From Naegleria gruberi (Eukaryota), in assembly GCA_000004985.1 (NCBI GenBank), contig GG738879.1: DNA of 64,000 bases. The stretch is one strand, 5' to 3'. Made by a program: the position numbers and the translations under genes. Position 1 is the stretch's first letter. Each line of letters starts with the position of its first letter. Shown one piece after another: positions 43,008-53,562 of this stretch. Under the pieces are notes generated by a model. It did not search any database, was not told where the DNA came from, and was given only the letters and a program-made list of their open reading frames with translations.

Positions 43008-43738
43008 ATGAAAAAAAGTTTTATTCCACTGCAAACTATTCAAAACCATGGAATTTAGCATCTAATGTGAAAATGCCATCTCTAAAATATTTACATTTAA
43101 GTCTTATAAATGAAACTCATTTACCTGATAGATTAAATGTGGAATCATTTAAAAATATTAAATATTTTTATTTTGAATCTCAATATAATATTGATTTATC
43201 AGAATTGAGTAAATTAAATTTAGAAATATTAATTCTTAAAATTTCTTTAAAATATAACAAGAATATATTTCATCACATTTCTAAAATTTCAACCTTGAGA
43301 GATTTAACATTTCGTAAGCCTATTTGGGATATTGATTTGAAATTACTTTGTAAATTACCAAATTTAGAATATCTTAATATTAGATTGGAATTTAAAAGTG
43401 AAATATCTTTTACTTTTAATTCACTAACTACACTCTCAATTTATTCAGATAATTTGAAAGGATTAAACTTTTTTCAAATATCAAATTTACCAAAATTGAA
43501 AACTTTAATAATTCGTAATGATTTGGATAATAACCATACGTGGTGGTTGCAACCATTATTTCCAAATTTACAAATAATTAAAGCAAGTTATAACAGTTTT
43601 GGAATATTTTTAGCATCTCAATATAATGATGGTATGAATTTTGGTGAGTATGAGGTTTCACAAAGAACAGCAACTCATTTACAAAATGAATATGTATGGC
43701 TCTTTCCAAAAAAATTTATTTTTGGCAATGCTCAATAA
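42443..43738 (+). CDS. LRR protein, paralogue / second copy of the 39827 gene (C-terminal LRR portion complete)
   Basis: 42437-43007 is near-identical (few mismatches) to 40292-40862. It continues with further LRR-like repeats to a stop at 43738. The true 5' end is uncertain because the ATG at 42443 is internal in copy 1. Confidence 0.55.
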   Translation: MKKKDLRALFTVLPNLKYLSLGMNVTESLISTESFLSTYCHKLETLHLQLLPENQKKIAKLLNGIFNPSTTTISNLIDIRIFVTDNNPTSNRKLNNFTFDFNSFPYLKYLFLDITYIYTLESISNVLNSNNISKLQEFGFGTNRKFIEKLQFNSSENLKNLKKLFLNRTEMMTNIDNLPSLELLYIDEYEKKFYSTANYSKPWNLASNVKMPSLKYLHLSLINETHLPDRLNVESFKNIKYFYFESQYNIDLSELSKLNLEILILKISLKYNKNIFHHISKISTLRDLTFRKPIWDIDLKLLCKLPNLEYLNIRLEFKSEISFTFNSLTTLSIYSDNLKGLNFFQISNLPKLKTLIIRNDLDNNHTWWLQPLFPNLQIIKASYNSFGIFLASQYNDGMNFGEYEVSQRTATHLQNEYVWLFPKKFIFGNAQ

Positions 43739-44352
43739 TGTTTGTAAACATTTCATATTATGGAATGCTAAGGAGAATAGAACTTGGGAAAGTTGTCAAT
43801 TTTTCAAAGATCAAAACACATGGATTTGACAACAAGTGAGCCAACACATGAGTGGAACAACAGAAGAGGATTTATATTGGCAACAAGTTTAATTTATTTA
43901 CTGCTGTTAAAGCTAATCCAGGATCAAGTGTTAAAATTCTTGATTTAGTTGAAATTCAAACAATTAACAGTTATGGAGATATTTGGGATAGTTTGCCAAA
44001 ACTGACTTTTCCAAAATGACTCCAAAAGAAATCATGACCTTTTATTTGAGAACTAATGGTCATTACTCTGCTCTCTTCAATAATGATTATCAAACTTAAT
44101 CAAACTGATGGTGGTCTTGTTCGATCGAGACAACCAATAGAATGTAAAACCAATCAATAAAAAGAGTGTAATCAATATGGAAAGTTGGAAATAAATTACT
44201 GTGAAATATCTATATAGAAGGTATGCTCATGTTCACAGTGAATAATACTCTAAAAATAACATGAACATATAAATGGCAAATCTTTAAACAAGTTTCTTAA
44301 ATGAACCTTAAAAAACTTTAAAAAATTAGCACAAACATCAACCAACCAACAT

Positions 44353-44841
44353 ATGAAGAAGATTCTAAACAAGAGAACAACAGCTAACAAGACAACGGTT
44401 GATAATGCTGCTGCACCGAATAAGAAGGAAGGAAGTAGCATAACTTTGCAAGAAGCTTATTCCGAAGCCTTGTTAAGTAATGAATCAGGAAGAAGACAAC
44501 AACAGACAACAAGCTTATTTAAAGAAGAAGAAGAAGAAATATATGAAGGCTATTTTGTATTTTCATCATCATTAATTAATAATCACCAGTTTGATGATGA
44601 TCAAAATGATGAGAAAATTGAACAATTAATTATAAAAGGAAAACAAAGAGATGAGAACAATTTGATAATGAAGAAGGGAGTAGTTAAGGAAATTCATCCA
44701 TTCTATGGAGAAGTCTCATTGAATAGAGGTTCGTTTGAGGGAATGGAAGTTTCTTCAGGAAAGATTAGTTTCATTGTAAAGAAAGGTAAACAATTTAGAA
44801 GAATTTGTTTTGCTGCCTGTAAGGGAGATGTTACAGAATGA
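44353..44841 (+). CDS. Hypothetical acidic/basic protein (162 aa)
   Basis: ATG at 44353. Overlaps the next ORF by 14 nt in a different frame. Confidence 0.4.
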   Translation: MKKILNKRTTANKTTVDNAAAPNKKEGSSITLQEAYSEALLSNESGRRQQQTTSLFKEEEEEIYEGYFVFSSSLINNHQFDDDQNDEKIEQLIIKGKQRDENNLIMKKGVVKEIHPFYGEVSLNRGSFEGMEVSSGKISFIVKKGKQFRRICFAACKGDVTE

Positions 44842-45724
44842 ACAGCTTTTCAAATTGGAATGGAAAATACATCAAGATATTGAACATGGAGGATGGAATT
44901 TTGTTGAAATTGATGGACGATTGGAATTTTCACATTTGGGAAAAGATGAAGAGTGGATGAATGAGAAACTTACGAATGAATATATTGAAGATGTGGAGCC
45001 AATTGTTGAAAAGTTTATCAGTTCGAAACTTGAAATGATTTCTGTATTGGGAGCTTACAATTGGCAAAATATCTTGTCCTATCTCCATGTGAAAGATTTG
45101 AATACTTGCTATCAAACTTGTAAGATAATGAGAGAGTTGATTTCCTCGAGAGATTTTCTTATCAAGCTCATTGAATCTCAGTGTATAACATTACCAGAAA
45201 TGTACTATCAGGAATCTCAAAGAAATTTAAAACATTGTAAGAAAATTGACTTGTTGAAGCTGTACTATGACAGAAGAGATAAGCTTAGTTGGGGAAGAAA
45301 GTTGAATGGAAGTTATATCATTTGGTTGAATGAAAATTATTGGAAAACCAAAAAGTCATCAAGCAGTGTATTTGGAAAGATTATCAAACTGAGTTCTGTT
45401 TGGTGGTTTGACTTTGGAGCAACCTTAACTCTGAGAAGAGGTCGTTACAAGGTTTCACTCCGTTACAAAACCACTTCTAATGCTTGTGGATTGGCTGATA
45501 GCACTTTTAATGTCATTTCAACAAGTCCACCAAACTCTCACGTTGATACAACCTCCATGAATACTTTGTGTAAATTTAGTAGTGATCAGTGGACATTGTT
45601 ACCACTTGGAGAAGTTCGAGTTGAGGCAGATACAGGATCATTAACCATTCAGATTTTTGATCATAATAATACATACAAGGCAGGATTGAAAATTGATTAT
45701 TTGCTATTTGAAAAATACAATTAA
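44828..45724 (+). CDS. F-box protein with C-terminal beta-rich (PP2/FBA lectin-like?) domain
   Basis: True ATG at 44828 (the track start at 44810 is TTG). F-box-like ISVLGAYNWQNILSYLHVKDLNTCYQTCKIMRELI. C-terminus has W/G-rich beta pattern ..VWWFDFGATLTLRRGRYKVSLRYK..WTLLPLGEVRV... Confidence 0.5.
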   Translation: MLQNEQLFKLEWKIHQDIEHGGWNFVEIDGRLEFSHLGKDEEWMNEKLTNEYIEDVEPIVEKFISSKLEMISVLGAYNWQNILSYLHVKDLNTCYQTCKIMRELISSRDFLIKLIESQCITLPEMYYQESQRNLKHCKKIDLLKLYYDRRDKLSWGRKLNGSYIIWLNENYWKTKKSSSSVFGKIIKLSSVWWFDFGATLTLRRGRYKVSLRYKTTSNACGLADSTFNVISTSPPNSHVDTTSMNTLCKFSSDQWTLLPLGEVRVEADTGSLTIQIFDHNNTYKAGLKIDYLLFEKYN

Positions 45725-45935
45725 ATATTATTGTATTCTAATGTGAATAATCTTAATTTGCAACAATACTTATGAAATATTGGTATCTCTATATGAACTT
45801 TTGGGTAATCGTATGTATATATTTATGGAAATTACTCAAATTTGGAATTGTTATAAATACTGAGAAAATTGCCAACCAAGATTTTGTTTAATATTCTACA
45901 ACGCATCGGCTTTTAATTTTCAAAACTTATAAAAC

Positions 45936-47561
45936 ATGCCCGTTACACCTCTTCAATCCAACAAGGAATCTGAACGCAATAACAACCGAACCCCAAAGAA
46001 GAGAAAATCAAAATTTTCATTTCTCTCTTCACAATTCTTTCCGTCAACAGTCAATTCATTAGAAGATGATGCAAATGTTGAATTTGAATTACCAGCCACT
46101 CCTAAAGAATTCAAACCAGCCGAAAGTAAATTAAAGAAAGTAGTAGAAAGGAAAATTACCACCACTACTTTCAATTTCATTGATGAATCAATTGGAGATC
46201 CCTTCATCTTTTATCAAATTCTATCTTATCTTCCAGTCAGTTCTCATCTTGCAACAAGTCTTGATATGGGTAAAATCTTCTCATTCGATTATTGTGTACA
46301 GTATACAAGAAGAGAACTTTACAAAAAAATGGAACATTCTCTATTAAATTGCATGTTGGTTCATTCTCGATGGTATGAATTAATTGATAGGGACATCTTT
46401 TTCAAGATTATTGTAAATTCACAGTTTACAAAATATTTTCAATTTTATTACAATGAACGAGTTTACAATAACGCCATTACAAATGAAATGGATAGATTTT
46501 GGAGGAATACTCTACGAGATATTGTGGAAAACTTTCGGTGGAGTCCTTTCATTTCAAGAGAAAAGGAATATTTCTATAATTATTGGAATTCGAAAGATCA
46601 TGGATTGTTAAGTTTCTTATCTGATTGTTTCCAAGAAGATTTGGTTAGTGAATCGAGTAGTGGAGCTGATACCACCTCTAATTGCGAAAAATCAGTATTT
46701 GCAATGATACGAGACGAAAGTGAGAAGGTTTATATTTGTAGAGGTGGAAGAATTCAAAGTAATGGAAAGGTAATTCAAGCACCAGTTGAGAAGATTCCCA
46801 GATTGAAGTGTACTTATCAATTATTCAGAACTGATAAGCCAATTCTATGTGATATGATTGTAGACTTTCAAGTTTGTAATTTACCTATTAGAAAGTCAGA
46901 AGAAACTATTCCACCTTCTCATGAAATGCTCAACATTCACCAAGATAACTTTATTCTACTTGGAATTATCGATAGTGATCTGTTAAACTCAAGAGGCGAC
47001 TATCTGTCATGTCCAGAACAAACATCACTAGTGACAGATGTCATGACAGAATCAAGTAGTGCCAAATTCAACTATCTTGGGGAGTACAATCTCCAAAGTA
47101 GATTTAGAGGAAGACAACGTGAAATTAATCTCAATCTTGGTTATGCTTCAAATGGTTTCATTTCGTATTCCACAATTATAGATGGAAAGTTCACAGAAAG
47201 ATGGCGAATTGGTGACATTATTAGTTTCGAAATTCGTGGCATTAATTCATTCCTCGACAAGACAGCTACCAGTAGAAAGAAGGAGTATGCCTCTATTACC
47301 ATTATTCGAAACGGAAGATTCGTCTGCCATGTTGAAGACTTTATGATATTGAATCGAACAGTTTCCATCAGAGAAAATTCACCAAATCCATTTCCTAAAC
47401 TGTATTATTTCGCGTGCAACTTTTACTATGGTTCAGTTGCCTCATCACTTAATCAAAATCCTCAAGTCTCGTCGAACCTGTCACAAAATTCGAATTCCTT
47501 GACAGCCAATCAAAATAATTATGTTCCCGCCATTAGAATTAATAGAGTAACTTATTTGTAA
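45936..47561 (+). CDS. F-box-like protein (541 aa), hypothetical
   Basis: DPFIFYQILSYLPVSSHLATSL...LLNCMLVHSRWYELI resembles an F-box. Remainder unrecognised. Confidence 0.45.
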   Translation: MPVTPLQSNKESERNNNRTPKKRKSKFSFLSSQFFPSTVNSLEDDANVEFELPATPKEFKPAESKLKKVVERKITTTTFNFIDESIGDPFIFYQILSYLPVSSHLATSLDMGKIFSFDYCVQYTRRELYKKMEHSLLNCMLVHSRWYELIDRDIFFKIIVNSQFTKYFQFYYNERVYNNAITNEMDRFWRNTLRDIVENFRWSPFISREKEYFYNYWNSKDHGLLSFLSDCFQEDLVSESSSGADTTSNCEKSVFAMIRDESEKVYICRGGRIQSNGKVIQAPVEKIPRLKCTYQLFRTDKPILCDMIVDFQVCNLPIRKSEETIPPSHEMLNIHQDNFILLGIIDSDLLNSRGDYLSCPEQTSLVTDVMTESSSAKFNYLGEYNLQSRFRGRQREINLNLGYASNGFISYSTIIDGKFTERWRIGDIISFEIRGINSFLDKTATSRKKEYASITIIRNGRFVCHVEDFMILNRTVSIRENSPNPFPKLYYFACNFYYGSVASSLNQNPQVSSNLSQNSNSLTANQNNYVPAIRINRVTYL

Positions 47562-47797
47562 TGCAACTAGTGTTGCTAATTCTGTAGTAAAAAGCGAGAA
47601 AAATCACCTTAATTAGTTTTCAATATTGGGCAATACGAAGTAGTTATTCAATACCTTGAAGGTAAGACTTAAACTGGATTTAGAATACTGACTAAATTGG
47701 AAAATGAACATTCTAAACTTTCCAAAAACATAGCATGTCCAATTTTTGTTATGAACATGGCTAAAGATTTTTCATAATAATTCTGAAAAACAAGAAA

Positions 47798-49992
47798 ATG
47801 GAACGAAATGCTCCCACCCACTTGACCAAAATAAATGATCTTGATGAACGTACTTTGAGAAAATTGTTGGTTAAAGCCACAAAGATTAAATCCAATCCAT
47901 CAATCTATTCTCACAGAATGGAAGATAAGGTTTGTCATCTTTCTTAATCAAAATTTTAACCAATAATCCACAGTCACTGTTAATGTTATTTGAAAAACCG
48001 TCACTTCGTACACGTCTTTCATTCGAAACAGCAATGACATCATTTGGTGGAAATGCCATCTATTATAGTGCCGATGAAGGACCGTTCGGAAAGAAGGAAA
48101 ATGTAAAGGATACTGCCATGTGTGCAGCTCAATATGTTGATGCATTTGTGTTGAGATTAAAGTCTAGAGAAAGTTTGTTGGAATTTGTAAAATATTCAAA
48201 AGTTCCTGTTATAAATGCCTTAGATGATTGGGCTCATCCTTGTCAAATATTGGCTGACCTGTTTACCATTGCAGAATTGAAATTAAATCCAAAACCACTC
48301 CACGAAAATCATCTCAACTTTGATAGACTGAAAATGGCTTACTATGGTGATTGTAGAAATAATGTCACTTATGATTTGATGAGAGCTGCTGCCATGATGA
48401 ATTTCAAACTCGTTCTCTCTTGCCCTGATAATGATGACTATAAACCAGTCCAAGAAGTTTGGGATGAAATCAAGAGAATCAATGAGAAGAGTGTAGAATG
48501 GATTGAAAATCCACTTGAAGCTTCTAAGGGATGTGATGTCATCTATACAGATTCATGGATGTCCTACCACATTCCTGAAAGTATGCTTCAAACCAGAGAA
48601 CAAGCATTGAAAAACTATCAAGTTAACATGCCAATATTGAAAAATGCAAAGAGTGATGTTATTTTCATGCATTGCCTTCCTGCAAAACGTTCTGAAGAAG
48701 TTACAGATGAAGTGATGGACTCTGTACATTCAGTTATCTATCATCAAGCATGGAATAGACAATGGGCTCAACAAGCACTCCTCCTCTATGTCATCTATGG
48801 ACCCAGTATCTTTTCAGAACACGAATATGAATCCGAGCTCTTATCAGAGGAAAAGTACTTTGCTATGGCTCCAAAACATCTTGGAACGATGCACTCCATT
48901 AGTAAGAAGAAGCACGAGTCTGTAAATAAGGGTGAAAAGAAATATCTGAAACATGGAAACAAGGAGAGAATACTTATAAGCTTTGGAGGAAATGCTCTTC
49001 AAAGTGATTCCACAAAGGAGGTAACCTATGAAGATTTACATTCCAACATTGATAAGAATTGTTCTGCACTTGCCAAATTTCTCCAAAATTGCAAGCAATC
49101 CAACATTTGCATTACACATGGAAATGGTCCTCAAGTTGGTTTCATTCACAAGGAATTGAATCATGAATCCCAAATGCCACTCGATGTTTGCGGAGCCATG
49201 TCTCAATCATTCATTGGTTATCAATTCCAACAATCCCTGATGAATAATATGCACCAACAAGACACGAAAGGAAATGTCCATGTTCGTTCTGTTACCACAC
49301 TCATCACACAAACTCTGGTGGATCAAAATGACAAGGCTTTCCAACATCCTAACAAGCCTGTTGGTAAATTCCTCTCTCCTGAAGAGTATGAATCATCAAA
49401 GAAGGACAAACAAATGATGACTTTCCACAAGTTTGATGAAGGCTACAGAAGAGTTGTTCCTTCTCCAACACCTATTGATATCATTGAATTGGACACTATC
49501 AAAACACTCTTCAATGAAGGACACTTGGTTATTTGTAATGGAGGTGGAGGTATCCCTGTTGTTAAAAGCCGAGATGAAGTTGGTGGTGATGAGAAAGCAA
49601 TGATTGGTAAAAAGCAAGCACAAAGAAAGAACCACCTGATGGGCATAGAAGCAGTCATTGACAAGGATAGATCCAGTTCCCTGCTAGCACAAAAGCTTAC
49701 TGTCGATTACTTTATCATTCTCACCAAAGTGGATCATGTCTACTTGAATTACTCTTCAAAAAAGGAGGAGAAGAAGCCTATTACTTCAATGGATGTTGAA
49801 ACTGCTCGACAATACATTACGGAAGGATGCTTTGAAGAAGGTACCATGCTACCAAAGATTGAATCAGCCACTGAATTTGTTACCAAGACTGGAAAACCTG
49901 CTCTCATCACAAGCTTGGACAATTTCATCAGAGAAACTTCCAACAATGAAATCAAACTACGTCATATTGAAGGTACTTGGATTGTTCCATAA
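47798..49992 (+). CDS. Bifunctional ornithine carbamoyltransferase - carbamate kinase fusion protein, 2 exons, about 716 aa
   Basis: Exon 1 is 47798..47929 (MERNAPTHLTKINDLDERTLRKLLVKATKIKSNPSIYSHRMEDK). A 44-nt intron spans 47930..47973 (GTTTGT..CCACAG). Exon 2 is 47974..49992. OTC motifs: SLRTR, HPCQ, DSWMS, HCLP. About 50-aa linker. Carbamate-kinase motifs: ILISFGGNAL, HGNGPQVG, GGGGIPV, VIDKDRSSSLLA. One uninterrupted reading frame. Confidence 0.85.
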
Positions 49993-50787
49993 ATCTAAAA
50001 ATTCTATCATCCAACAACATTCACAACATTAATAAACAATAGTGGTGATTATTCGTGATATTTAAATCAAAACAAGAAAAAAATTCCCTTCATGTTGATT
50101 GAACTTGGTGTTGCTTTTATTTTTTAAAAAATTAAAAAAAATTAAAAATGCAAAATCTGAAGATGAGAGATCAAACACATTAATATTGAAACGAGACAAC
50201 CGTTGTTTAGTATTAATAGTAGGATGAAATATTGTTGTGCTTTGCTTTTTTGAAAAGGATCTCCATTACCTGAAATTTCATCAATATTTGCTTACTATGT
50301 ATCATACACACCAAAAAAATTGAAGGCTTGGTGTCCTTGATATTTCCATCACACTTTCAGTAAATATTGGAGGTAGATATTATTGTTTATCGGATCAGTA
50401 ATTCAAGGGTTTGAATTGGTCATTAAGATAATACAATTCATACAAGACAGGAGAAATTCTTGCAAAAAGCTTACCGAATCAAAGCTTCCGTATGTTATTC
50501 AATGATCAAAAGGCTTTTCAGCACAGCACATTTTCCACCAAACCTTCCTCTTTTCAAAAGTTTCATGAAACCTTGTAATAGTTGATACAAAACTATAGTA
50601 ATTTGTCCAAGATGGTCAAGTAATTACAGAAAGGGCAGGTAGTATCCTGAACGATTTAACCAAATTTTGGATGGTTGTTGACTTGTATGTACAGCCGTTG
50701 AGGGTATTTGATGGATACATTATTTTACTGCAATTACCGAGGGTTGATTGTTACAGGCAAAACACATCACAAAAAAACATCAACACA

Positions 50788-52069
50788 ATGGCAACTGACA
50801 CATTGCTCAACAAACAGAGCTATTTCGAAAGTTTGCTGACATTATCAGAATCTAACTCAACTATAACAACAACAAACACTACTCATGCCTCTATTGCCGC
50901 CCTTTTCCCTCAATTCGATGAAAATGTTGGATCCATAGTGGTTTCATGTGTCTTTCTTACATCATACGCCATTGTTCTCTCAGCTATTGCTGTACTATTA
51001 ATACGATATAGACAGGAAATGAAAAAGAACCAAGTGATTGTGTTTCTTTTAGTGTCTTGGTGTATGATACAGCAATCTATCGCCTTGGCATTCAGACTTG
51101 GATACAATGGGAAAGCTCTCTCGTTGAATTTAAACTATTCAGACTATACCACGATTGAGAACTTGAGCTCTCACTTCTTGCCAATCTACATTTGTTCTGC
51201 AATTGAAAATATGGCAGTATACTTGCAGGGAGTTGTGATTGTGGTGATCACTTGTTTCATCTTGAATATGTTGTAAGTTGTCACAACGTTTTTATTTTCA
51301 AATAACTGATATTCTAAATAGTTTGGATACTGCTCGCATTGCACATGCCATGTCAGCTAAGGCTTACAAAATCTTCAAGTACATGTTCAATATTATCATT
51401 GCAATCTTTGCTATTAGCATCCTTCTGTTGGTATTTGTTCATGTGGGTGTTATTTTGGCGTCAAAGGTTGCTCCAAATTTCAATGTGAACGTTTTCCCAA
51501 TTTTGATTGTCATCTTTTTGGCTTTTACTATAATGATTTCAATTGAATCATTGATGTTTATATTTGTTGGAGTTAAATTGATAATATTTGTGAGGAAAAA
51601 TTCTCTTAAACTTGGAGCTCAGGCCAATGCAAATTTCCTTCAAAGACCAGAAACTAAAATTGCAGGATTAATTATTGGAATGTTGATTAGTGCCTACTTC
51701 CAATTATTGGCTGCTATTGTTGGTATCATGACAACAACTTTCAATTCTACTTTCCACTTTCTCGATTATTCCTTTCAAGCTGGAGGAATTTTACTCTTCT
51801 CAATCTTTGTCTTACTGGTTTATAATCCTCTGGTTTCATTCACTGCAAAGGACGGCAACCCATCCACAGAAAGTCTCAAATCAGAGAATAACAAATCAGA
51901 GAATCACAAATCAGAGAAGATAGTTTCAGAGAAATCACTTGCTTCTCAAAGAAAGAGTCAAACCTATCCAAACTCTCCTATTCGTGAATTGGATTGTGTG
52001 TCACCAACAACTACAACATCAGGTGGTGGGCCAACAGAAGAATCCCCTCCTGAAATTGCCAAAATATAA
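50788..52069 (+). CDS. Seven-transmembrane receptor-like protein (putative GPCR), 2 exons
   Basis: Exon 1 is 50788..51272. A 49-nt intron spans 51273..51321 (GTAAGT..TAAATAG, phase 2). Exon 2 is 51322..52069. Seven predicted TM helices. The Ser/Thr-rich C-terminal tail (KSENNKSENHKSEKIVSEKSLASQRKSQT...) is typical of GPCR tails. Confidence 0.65.
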
Positions 52070-52260
52070 AAAACATTGTACCATAAACTTTGATATGTTT
52101 ATTTAAAAAGGAAATAGCAAAATATAGGAAAACTGTTACTAGTGAGCTTGAATACCCTCAAAAATCTTCTAATTTTGGATGGCCACTACTTAAACCATAA
52201 TGTTTACCATCTCTGTCATGAACAATTCTTGCAAAGAATTAAAATCCAAAATAAACATAT

Positions 52261-53106
52261 TTACAGTAACTTTTGCATGTCCATTAAAACAAATTCCGTA
52301 GAGGTGTGCACACCCTCAATGATTAATTGTTCATCCTGAAGTAAATTCTTTGAATCAAAGTGAATAAAACATCCATCTCCTTCGCTTAATTCAATAATTC
52401 TGCTTGAACTATTACTTGTCACCTTGATGACAATTGGCACTTCAATATCGTCATCTTTCTTTCTTCCTTGAGATGACTTTCCACTCGTATCTTCCTTCTT
52501 TTGATTAAACAATGGAATGTGAATATAAATTTGTCTATCTGGATGGAGTGAATGTGTCACTTGTTTTCCTTCTTCCAAAACACATGACAGGGCATAGAAA
52601 TCTTGATCGATAGCAATAAGATTTTCACTCTCAGGGTCATTTACAACTTCTTTAGGGGCAATCATCATGCAAAGTTGATTCAATTTCTGAGCTTTCGAAT
52701 AATTTCTTAGTTGATAATTTGGTTTGGAATTCAAAGTTCTAGGTTTCACCCAAATTTGCAACAAATGACAAATATCCCTCTTATTTCTATTAAACTCACT
52801 ATGTTCAATTCCACTTCCAGCAGAAGTAAACTGAACTGAACCTTTCGTACAAACTTCCACATTTCCCATCGAATCAGAATGTGTCAATTGACCACTCAAC
52901 ACATACGTAAATATTTCATAATTTCTATGAGGATGCCTTCCAAATCCATTCGAAACTCCAACAAAATCCTCATTCAACACTCTCAATGGTCCAAATTGAG
53001 TAAATTTTCCATTCGAATATTTTGCAAAATTAAAGGTATGATAAGAATCCAACCAATCTTCTAGGAAATGACCTCGTTGATGAGAGGAGAGAATTTCAAA
53101 TTTCAT
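52261..53106 (-). CDS. Pirin-family cupin protein
   Basis: ..NGFGRHPHRNYEIFTYVLSGQLTHSDSMGN.. is the pirin metal-binding motif. ATG at 53106 (MKFEILSSHQRGHF); the track ORF extends further from a non-ATG start. Confidence 0.75.
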   Translation of the reverse strand: MKFEILSSHQRGHFLEDWLDSYHTFNFAKYSNGKFTQFGPLRVLNEDFVGVSNGFGRHPHRNYEIFTYVLSGQLTHSDSMGNVEVCTKGSVQFTSAGSGIEHSEFNRNKRDICHLLQIWVKPRTLNSKPNYQLRNYSKAQKLNQLCMMIAPKEVVNDPESENLIAIDQDFYALSCVLEEGKQVTHSLHPDRQIYIHIPLFNQKKEDTSGKSSQGRKKDDDIEVPIVIKVTSNSSSRIIELSEGDGCFIHFDSKNLLQDEQLIIEGVHTSTEFVLMDMQKLL

Positions 53107-53386
53107 TTTTGTGATTTTTTTTGATTTTGTTTTTTGAAAATTTTTTGATTCTAAATAAAGTTTTTTGCGTATTGGGAAGCGCATTAATTGATGAGTTAGT
53201 GCGCACTCAATTTCTGAAAGAAAAAATGCTGTAAAAAATGGGGTCAATCCTGTGGTTATTTTCTCGATCAATATAGTGGATTAGGAAACGATATTTGAAG
53301 GAAAGATAGATTTACATGTCTAGTTTATGTGGTTAAAATTTTAAAGTTTAACTCCTACTAGGAAGGGCAAAAATTGACATTTCAGA

Positions 53387-53457
53387 TGCGTCGACCGGGA
53401 ATTGAACCCGGGTCACGGCGATGGCAACGCCGTATTCTACCACTAAACCATCGACGC
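53387..53457 (-). tRNA. tRNA-Gly (anticodon GCC)
   Basis: Reverse complement GCGTCGATGGTTTAGTGGTAGAATACGGCGTTGCCATCGCCGTGACCCGGGTTCAATTCCCGGTCGACGCA. Acceptor GCGTCGA/TCGACGC pairs perfectly. Anticodon loop TTGCCAT. Confidence 0.9.
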
Positions 53458-53562
53458 TTCTTGCAAATATTTTGTTAATATCGTCATGGAACCAAAAACA
53501 AAAGTGCCGGCTAGCTTTGTCCACTCAGAAACAATTCGTTCCTTTTGAAAATCATCCTGAAA

